Shown piece by piece: positions 8,732 through 14,427 of a stretch of DNA of 14,427 nt (its first letter is position 1; every line of letters begins with the position of its first letter). The DNA comes from an uncultured Bacteriovoracaceae bacterium (GTDB taxonomy: Bacteria; Bdellovibrionota; Bacteriovoracia; Bacteriovoracales; Bacteriovoracaceae), in NCBI GenBank assembly GCA_964012805.1, contig CAXGUD010000071.1, positions 1 through 14,427 on the forward strand, read 5' to 3'. A program made the position numbers and the translations under genes. The notes under the pieces were generated by a model that worked only from the letters and a program-made list of their open reading frames with translations, was not told where the DNA came from and did not search any database.

Positions 8732-10486
8732 TTACATTCTTTTAGGACAAGGAATACCAAGGAGCGAGAGCCCTTTCTCCATAACCTTGGCCACAGATGC
8801 TGAAAGAAACAGGCGCGCCTGCTTGAGCTTTTCAGTCTCTGCCTTGGCCACAGAGCACTCAGCGTAAAAGGAATTATAAAGTTTTCCTAAATCATAAAGG
8901 TATGAGCAAAGGGCGCTTGTCTTGTATTGTTGGCATGCCATTTCAACGGTTGAGTTAAAAAGTGCTAGCTGGATCATAAGGTTCTTCTCCTGATCCTTTT
9001 CTAAGACACTCCAGTCAAAAGAAGTTTGATACTCAGGAAGGCCAACTTTTTGAATAAGTGATTGGATACGAGCATAAACATATTGAAGATAAGGACCAGT
9101 TTCTCCATCTAATTTGAGCCACTCTTTCATATCGAAAACAATTTTTCTATTATTATCAACTCTAACCATCCCATATTTTATAGCGCCATTAGCAACCATT
9201 TTTGCCGTTTCATCAATTTCTTTCTGGTCCCACTCGCCCAGGTATTGGTTCAGGTATTGCTCTTTAATCGCCTTTTCCATACTAGTTAAAAGGCTCATAA
9301 GAGGGACTATGTTTCCCTTCCTTGAGCTCATGGCACCATCTGGAAGTTCAACAACATTGTATTTTAAGTGAAAGCAGTTTTTTGATTGCTCAAATCCCAT
9401 TTTTTCTAGTGTTTTAAAGATTTGGTTGAAGTGGTGGGCTTGTCTATCGTCTACAACATAAATACTTTTTTCAATTTGGTATTCTTCAAACTTTTTCTTA
9501 GCAAGAGAAATATCTTTAGTTGCATAATTACCATTACCATCTGATTTAATAAGAATACAAAAGCCGAGCTTGTCTTCTTTGAGGTCTATTCCTATGGCCC
9601 CCTCTGACTCAACAAGCGTTCCTTTTTTATGAAGCTCTTGGGCCAATTCAACAGATGAATGATCTTCCTCAGACTCAAAAAACCATCTTTCAAAATTAAC
9701 CCCTGCCCAATCATAAGCGTCTTTCATTAGTTCTAAAGACCATTCCCTCGTTTTTTTCCAGAGGTCGTAGAATTCTCCTTCTTCTTTTTTTAATTGCTGC
9801 AGGATTTCTCCAAGCTGTACTCGGTTATTAGTTTCTTTATTTGTCCCTAATTCCTCTTCAAGCTTCGCAGTTGCTCTTGTGTAAAGTGTTCCTAACCAGG
9901 CTCCCTTATCTGTTTCTGGGAGAGGATCTTCGTTGTGGTTTTTTAAGTACCATAAGCATTTGGCAACATGGGTACCAGAGTCTCCTGGGTAGGTTACTGG
10001 AATTGTTTTATGGTTACAATATTGATGAAGAAGAACAATCGCATTTCCCAAACAAAGGTTTCTCATGTGGCCTACATGCAATTCTTTATGAGTGTTTGGT
10101 TGAGAAAATTCAATCATAGTTTTGGGGGCATTTTCGAAGATTACTTTTTGAAAATATCCACCTTCTAAAATATCAAGGAGGACATGCTCCCCTAAAAAAA
10201 GTGGGGAGACAAAGACGTTGAGGTAAGGTCCCTGAGCTTGGTAACTTTCAAGAAGGTTATTTTCTTCAATATTGTCAGCAATTTTTTGAGCGATGGCCGC
10301 GGGAGACATCTTAAAACTTTTGGCCAAAGGAAAACAAGGAAATGCAAAATGACCCATTTTTGGGTTTGGTGGTTTTCCAATTTGGTCGTAAATATCTTTT
10401 ATCGTAAGTTTTGCTTCTGGAAAAGATTGTTTGATGGCCTTTTGAAGGAGGTTCGCTAGCTCAGAAAATGTTTTGTTGTGCATCAT
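8732..10486 (-). CDS. argS: Arginine--tRNA ligase
   Basis: GHFAFPCF and GPYLN N-domain motifs, EFSQPNTHKELHVGHMRN (HIGH), KSDGNGNYATKDI, MSSRKG (KMSKS equivalent), GETGPYLQY, NSFY and C-terminal KRM. Confidence 0.97.
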   Translation of the reverse strand: MMHNKTFSELANLLQKAIKQSFPEAKLTIKDIYDQIGKPPNPKMGHFAFPCFPLAKSFKMSPAAIAQKIADNIEENNLLESYQAQGPYLNVFVSPLFLGEHVLLDILEGGYFQKVIFENAPKTMIEFSQPNTHKELHVGHMRNLCLGNAIVLLHQYCNHKTIPVTYPGDSGTHVAKCLWYLKNHNEDPLPETDKGAWLGTLYTRATAKLEEELGTNKETNNRVQLGEILQQLKKEEGEFYDLWKKTREWSLELMKDAYDWAGVNFERWFFESEEDHSSVELAQELHKKGTLVESEGAIGIDLKEDKLGFCILIKSDGNGNYATKDISLAKKKFEEYQIEKSIYVVDDRQAHHFNQIFKTLEKMGFEQSKNCFHLKYNVVELPDGAMSSRKGNIVPLMSLLTSMEKAIKEQYLNQYLGEWDQKEIDETAKMVANGAIKYGMVRVDNNRKIVFDMKEWLKLDGETGPYLQYVYARIQSLIQKVGLPEYQTSFDWSVLEKDQEKNLMIQLALFNSTVEMACQQYKTSALCSYLYDLGKLYNSFYAECSVAKAETEKLKQARLFLSASVAKVMEKGLSLLGIPCPKRM

Positions 10487-10528
10487 TTATTTAGGCCCTC
10501 TTTTGACGTGGGATAAAAATTTCGCGCA

Positions 10529-10537
10529 TGATATAAT
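10529..10537 (+). promoter_or_regulatory. Extended -10 promoter element (TGnTATAAT) for the 10573 ORF
   Basis: TGATATAAT is a perfect extended -10, 35 nt upstream of the ATG. TTGACG at 10503-10508 is 23 nt away, too far to be its -35. Confidence 0.45.
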
Positions 10538-10572
10538 TCTTAAAAGGAACTGAAAAGATATCTGTAGGTGGG

Positions 10573-11004
10573 ATGGTGAGTTTTTTTAGGATAAAAAATC
10601 GCTTTGTGTTTTTTTCTCTCTCCCTTTTTCTTTTAGGAAGGTTTTTCTCCGTTTTTAATGAGGTCGTCGCAGTTGAAATTGAGCTTGATCCAGAGCAAAA
10701 GGAGCAGGAAAAAGTCCTTAAATATGGAGTTGGAACATTTGATAAAATGGGCGACGATATCAGAATTTCACGGTTTTATAGAAGAGGACCTTATCTAATT
10801 TACGATTGTAAAGGAAAGCACTTCGCATGTGTTATAAAGGAAAATTTTGAAAACTGTGAAGAGAGAAGAAAAAAGGCAAAAATATGGAATAAAAGTGGCT
10901 TAGCTTGCGTTCCTTTAAAAAAATTTGAAAATCGTTTGAACTGTGAAAAAACTCATAGAGAAAAGTTACCTCAGAGGTCGCCTGAACCTCTCTGCAAAAA
11001 CTAA
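10573..11004 (+). CDS. Hypothetical exported protein with six cysteines
   Basis: 143-aa ORF filling the gap between argS and the GNAT gene; basic then hydrophobic N-terminus; six Cys in the C-terminal half; AGGTGG upstream (short spacing). Confidence 0.7.
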   Translation: MVSFFRIKNRFVFFSLSLFLLGRFFSVFNEVVAVEIELDPEQKEQEKVLKYGVGTFDKMGDDIRISRFYRRGPYLIYDCKGKHFACVIKENFENCEERRKKAKIWNKSGLACVPLKKFENRLNCEKTHREKLPQRSPEPLCKN

Positions 11005-11008
11005 TCTT

Positions 11009-11452
11009 TTATTTATCAAGATATTTAACCATGAGAAGGTGCTTTCCAACTGGAGGGATGTCAAATAAATCTCCGATTCCTTCAAACCCTATCTTCCTAT
11101 AAAACCCGATAGCTTCTTCTCTTGCGTTACACCAAACAAGGTGGCAAAGGTTTTGTTTTACTATAGGAAAAGCGACTTGCAGGAGTGCAGAACTTAATCC
11201 CTTGTATTGATGCTCAACGAGCGTTGCCATCCCTTGAAGCTGGTACTGGTAAGGCTCTTCAATATCCGGATGTTTTTCAAAGTACATCGATGCAACACTG
11301 ACAAGTTGGCCATCAATAAAGGCTCCCAAGTGAAAAGTTTGGTCTTCATCATCGCCTTTAAAGTTGCAGGACTCAATTGGATTATCCCCACCAAAAAGTA
11401 TCTTACTTCTGATAGGGTACGTATCTTGAGCCGATATTCTCAATACTTTCAA
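11009..11452 (-). CDS. GNAT-family N-acetyltransferase (YitI/ElaA-like)
   Basis: TFHLGAF, QLQGMAT, HQYKGLSSAL (motif A), WCNAREEAIGFYRKIGF (motif B) and FDIPPVGKHLLM. TTG start. Confidence 0.9.
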   Translation of the reverse strand: MKVLRISAQDTYPIRSKILFGGDNPIESCNFKGDDEDQTFHLGAFIDGQLVSVASMYFEKHPDIEEPYQYQLQGMATLVEHQYKGLSSALLQVAFPIVKQNLCHLVWCNAREEAIGFYRKIGFEGIGDLFDIPPVGKHLLMVKYLDK

Positions 11453-11529
11453 TTGAAAACCTTTGTCATTGAAACACGGAATCTTTATCTATAATACGGT
11501 TTGGGTAAAAAGTCACCTTTTGTGGAGGG

Positions 11530-12195
11530 TTAAAATGTCTTGCTCATTCTAAAAAGGTTTTTCATTGCAAGTTCGGAAAGGGCTTTGGAAAAGAAAGCAA
11601 AGACTGTGTTATTTATGCCTGAGTGAGGTCCGATCCAAGAAGCCGTAGTATGAAAAAGGCATTGATTTTTTGAGTCTGCAACGTGGATAATTCCCTTTAA
11701 ATTTTTCAAAAATCCTTGGTCAAAAAGGAAGTGGTAAGTACCAGGAGACTTTATCCTTGGAATTTTAAAATTAAGCCTCATGTCAAAAGGAAGAAGCAGC
11801 GATGATAAAAGGAAGTCAACTCTACCTTTACTCTCTAAATAGCGGCTCTCTTTTATAAAACCTATATGATTTTTATAGATTTCGTATTGAGAAAGCTTTC
11901 TAAGGGCAAACCTGCAGGATTTTTTATGAAGTCCTGTAACTGAAAACTTTAACTTTTGTTTCTGTTCTTTTTTTTCTTTAAGAGTTTTAACATCAGATGA
12001 GCTAATAATAATACCTTTGGTGATTTTTTGAATAAGCTTTGGTGAATAGGGGAGGGTATCTAAGCGGATTAATTTCGCCTTTTTATGAGAATAAGGCATT
12101 TTTTCTGCATTTTGTGCTTGAGTTGGAAAAAGAAAAATGGAACAAAGGAAGATGATCAAATGAGTTGGAAAGAAAGATCGGCGGTTGTTTTGCAT
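11530..12195 (-). CDS. Hypothetical exported protein, possible START/SRPBCC-like fold
   Basis: Start MQNNRR (12195, AAAGG upstream; 12216 is an alternative) with a signal-like IIFLCSIFLFPTQA. LSQYEIYKNHIGFIKESRY and QGFLKNLKG loosely resemble START/polyketide-cyclase motifs. The fold call is tentative. Confidence 0.7.
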   Translation of the reverse strand: MQNNRRSFFPTHLIIFLCSIFLFPTQAQNAEKMPYSHKKAKLIRLDTLPYSPKLIQKITKGIIISSSDVKTLKEKKEQKQKLKFSVTGLHKKSCRFALRKLSQYEIYKNHIGFIKESRYLESKGRVDFLLSSLLLPFDMRLNFKIPRIKSPGTYHFLFDQGFLKNLKGIIHVADSKNQCLFHTTASWIGPHSGINNTVFAFFSKALSELAMKNLFRMSKTF

Positions 12196-12312
12196 TGTGC
12201 CTTTTCTAGGTTTCATTAGCTCTCTAACCTGAAATTAAATCATTCAAAATAAGATTATGTTAGGTCATAAAGACTAGAGTTTACCTTAAATAAATAAGAT
12301 GGAATTAAAAAA

Positions 12313-14427
12313 ATGGCAATTGAATCTGTAAAAAGAAAAGGGAAGGCTAAAGAGGCTACCATTGAAAAGAAAGATCAAAGGTGGCATTGCAGGAATAGGA
12401 TATCACTGGTCTTTGGAAGTAATCATCATGAAGACTTAGATACCTATGTTTATGGTGAGCATTCTGTCGATTTTAAAACCGTTAAATTTCATCAGGCCAA
12501 AAGTAAGGCCATAGAGGAAATTTTAGACAACTGTATTGATGAGTTCTACAGAGGCCATGTGACCCAAATCCATACTACTTTATCAGATGATAATAAAAAA
12601 GTGATCATCGAAGATAATGGAATTGGTTTTCCCCTAACTAAGGTTCAGCAGGTTTATACAGAGTTTCGAACAGGTTCTAAGTTTAAGGATGAAGAAGTTG
12701 ACTCAAAAGGTTTTCTAAATCGGACTCTTGGCCAAAATGGTTTAGGAGCTGCCGCAACTTGTCTCACAAGTGACGAGTTTAAGGTAACTGTAAGGCATTA
12801 CAATTCGAAGAAAGAGCAAGTTTTTAACTTTTTAGATGGAGCTTTAAAAGTTAAAAAAAATAGGCCAAAACCTTTTAAAGGTCATTCCGGCGTAAAAATA
12901 GAGCTTATTCTTGCTAAGGAAGTTTATAAAAATAATAAAATAGATGAAGAACTTCTAAGAAAAAGGATCATTGATTTAGCGTATAACAATCCAGGTCTTA
13001 CTTTCTATTTCAATAAAGAAAAATACCTTTTTAAAAAAGGTCTTTATGAATTAGCTCAAAGAGTTGATGAAAAAAATGCTCAGCTTTTTGGAGAGGATTG
13101 CTATAAATATGAAGTTAAGGGGACCAAGAGTAAAAAAACATTAAAGGGTCAAATCGACTTATCCCTATCTTTGACTATTGATAAACAAAATGAAGATAGA
13201 GAGAGGTTTATTTCTTTTGTTAATTCAACTCCAACATTTGATGGTGGTTTCCACCACGATAGAATCAGAAGACTTTTTGTCAATGCAATTAAAGACAAGC
13301 TGGAGAGGCAGGCTAAGAAGGGTAAATTAACCCTAACAGATAATGATATTCTGACTGGAATTACCTTTATTGTTGGCGTGACTATGCCTAATCCTAGATT
13401 CGAATCCCAAACAAAGAGAAAGCTTGTAAGAGATGCGCATCTAGAAAAGGCCATTGAAATTTTTATGAAGAAGGCAATTGATAAATTCTTCAGAAAAAAT
13501 AAAGAGTTTTTAGAGCTAGTTTTGGAGAGGTGTCGTTCACGTCATCGCTTTCAAGAGCTAAAAGATGCATCGAAAAAGGCAAGAAAGCAGAAAAAACAAA
13601 GGATTGAGAAGCTTCTTGATGCGAATGAAAGAAAGCATAGAGATAAATGCACTCTTTTTATTTGTGAGGGAGATTCGGCCATTGGGGGGTTGAGATCTGC
13701 TCGAAATAAACTTTACCAAGGTGGGATTGCCCTTAAAGGAAAACCCATGAATGTTGCTCAAGCCAATATTAAGGAAATTCTTGATAACCAAGAATTCTCA
13801 GACATCATGGCCTCCATTGGACTTGTTATAGGACAGCAACCAGACTTTAAAAAACTTAGATTTTCAAAAATTGTTTTTTTAGCAGACTCTGATGTTGATG
13901 GTGGGCATATTAATACACTTCTTACGAACTTTTTCTATCAATTTTGGCCTGAACTTTTTGAATTTAAAGTGATTCAAATAGCAAGGGCTCCTTTATTTGA
14001 AATTGTTACTGAAAAAGGAAGAAAATTTGCTGAATCTCCAGGTGAGTTAGAGCAAATTAAAAAATCTGGAATCAAAATTAAAGAAATTCAAAGAAATAAA
14101 GGGTTAGGGGAAATGTCTCCTGAAGCTTTTAAGTATATTTTAGGAAGGGAAAATTATACGGCCATTGAAATTGAAGACAATATCGCCGCAAAAGGAATGC
14201 TTGAAATTTGTTTTGGAAAAGACTCCGCTCCTCGAAAAGAACTTCTTATGGCCCCTTCCTCTGAGGGTGAAGAAAGTATCTCTGTTTATTTCAAAGGAAA
14301 AAAGAAAGTAGTCTCTTCTAAAAAAGAAACTAAGAAAAAAGAAACTAAGAAAAAAGAAACTAAGAAAAAAGTAACTAAGAAAAAAGTAACTAAGAAAAAA
14401 GTAACTAAGAAAAAAGTAACTAAGAAA
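12313..14427 (+). CDS. Divergent type IIA DNA topoisomerase subunit B (GHKL ATPase, transducer, TOPRIM) with Lys-rich repeat tail; 3' truncated (>=705 aa)
   Basis: Manually translated, no stop from ATG 12313 to the end. EEILDNCIDE (12514-12543), EDNGIG (12610-12627), TGSKF, GQNGLG (12730-12747), SFVNS..GGFH, PRFESQTK, EGDSA (13666-13680), LKGK (13732-13743), DSDVDG (13885-13902), KGLGEM (from 14098) and RKELL. Confidence 0.95.
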   Translation, partial: MAIESVKRKGKAKEATIEKKDQRWHCRNRISLVFGSNHHEDLDTYVYGEHSVDFKTVKFHQAKSKAIEEILDNCIDEFYRGHVTQIHTTLSDDNKKVIIEDNGIGFPLTKVQQVYTEFRTGSKFKDEEVDSKGFLNRTLGQNGLGAAATCLTSDEFKVTVRHYNSKKEQVFNFLDGALKVKKNRPKPFKGHSGVKIELILAKEVYKNNKIDEELLRKRIIDLAYNNPGLTFYFNKEKYLFKKGLYELAQRVDEKNAQLFGEDCYKYEVKGTKSKKTLKGQIDLSLSLTIDKQNEDRERFISFVNSTPTFDGGFHHDRIRRLFVNAIKDKLERQAKKGKLTLTDNDILTGITFIVGVTMPNPRFESQTKRKLVRDAHLEKAIEIFMKKAIDKFFRKNKEFLELVLERCRSRHRFQELKDASKKARKQKKQRIEKLLDANERKHRDKCTLFICEGDSAIGGLRSARNKLYQGGIALKGKPMNVAQANIKEILDNQEFSDIMASIGLVIGQQPDFKKLRFSKIVFLADSDVDGGHINTLLTNFFYQFWPELFEFKVIQIARAPLFEIVTEKGRKFAESPGELEQIKKSGIKIKEIQRNKGLGEMSPEAFKYILGRENYTAIEIEDNIAAKGMLEICFGKDSAPRKELLMAPSSEGEESISVYFKGKKKVVSSKKETKKKETKKKETKKKVTKKKVTKKKVTKKKVTKK
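14320..14427 (+). repeat. 15-bp coding tandem repeat, 7 full copies plus a partial, encoding KKETK x3 then KKVTK x4; truncated by the window end
   Basis: aaaaaagaaactaag x3 (14320-14364), aaaaaagtaactaag x4 (14365-14424), then aaa; in frame with the topoisomerase. Confidence 0.95.

Noticed and set aside
1954..11494. Short track ORFs nested in or antisense to hemF, nfu, sufS, sufB, argS and the GNAT gene
   Set aside because: They overlap well-supported genes and show no recognisable motifs.
11463..11495. Plus-strand TTGTCA/TTGAAA...TATAAT antisense promoter
   Set aside because: Spacers of 21 or 15 nt are non-optimal, and such hexamers are frequent in AT-rich DNA.
13149..13791. Minus-strand ORFs 13149-13454 and 13558-13791
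   Set aside because: Antisense to the topoisomerase reading frame.
14320..14427. Terminal repeats as a CRISPR array or telomere-like/terminal repeat
   Set aside because: No spacers, period is a multiple of 3 and in frame with a protein, and the two window ends share no sequence.
12313..14427. Assigning the symbol gyrB or parE
   Set aside because: Motifs diverge from both families and the diagnostic A subunit is outside the window.

Overview
AT-rich bacterial chromosomal segment. The gene style suggests Bdellovibrionota/Bacteriovoracales, but that is inference only. Left to right: a truncated secreted FecR-domain protein with a Lys/Glu-rich region and EEAP repeats (minus strand, absent from the ORF track); an ArsC-family reductase; hemF; an Rrf2-sufB-sufC-sufD-sufS-nfu Fe-S assembly operon (minus); argS; a small six-Cys exported protein; a GNAT acetyltransferase; an exported START-like hypothetical protein; and a >=705-aa type IIA topoisomerase B subunit (12313 to window end, also absent from the ORF track). 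The most notable element is the topoisomerase. Many of its motifs look more like eukaryotic or T4-phage topo II than bacterial GyrB/ParE, and it runs into a histone-H1-like (KK[E/V]TK)n repeat. Two matching 25-bp palindromes upstream of the Rrf2 gene are candidate suf operators. Both window ends fall inside 15-bp coding tandem repeats, probably assembly breaks. No rRNA, tRNA, CRISPR array or mobile element was seen.
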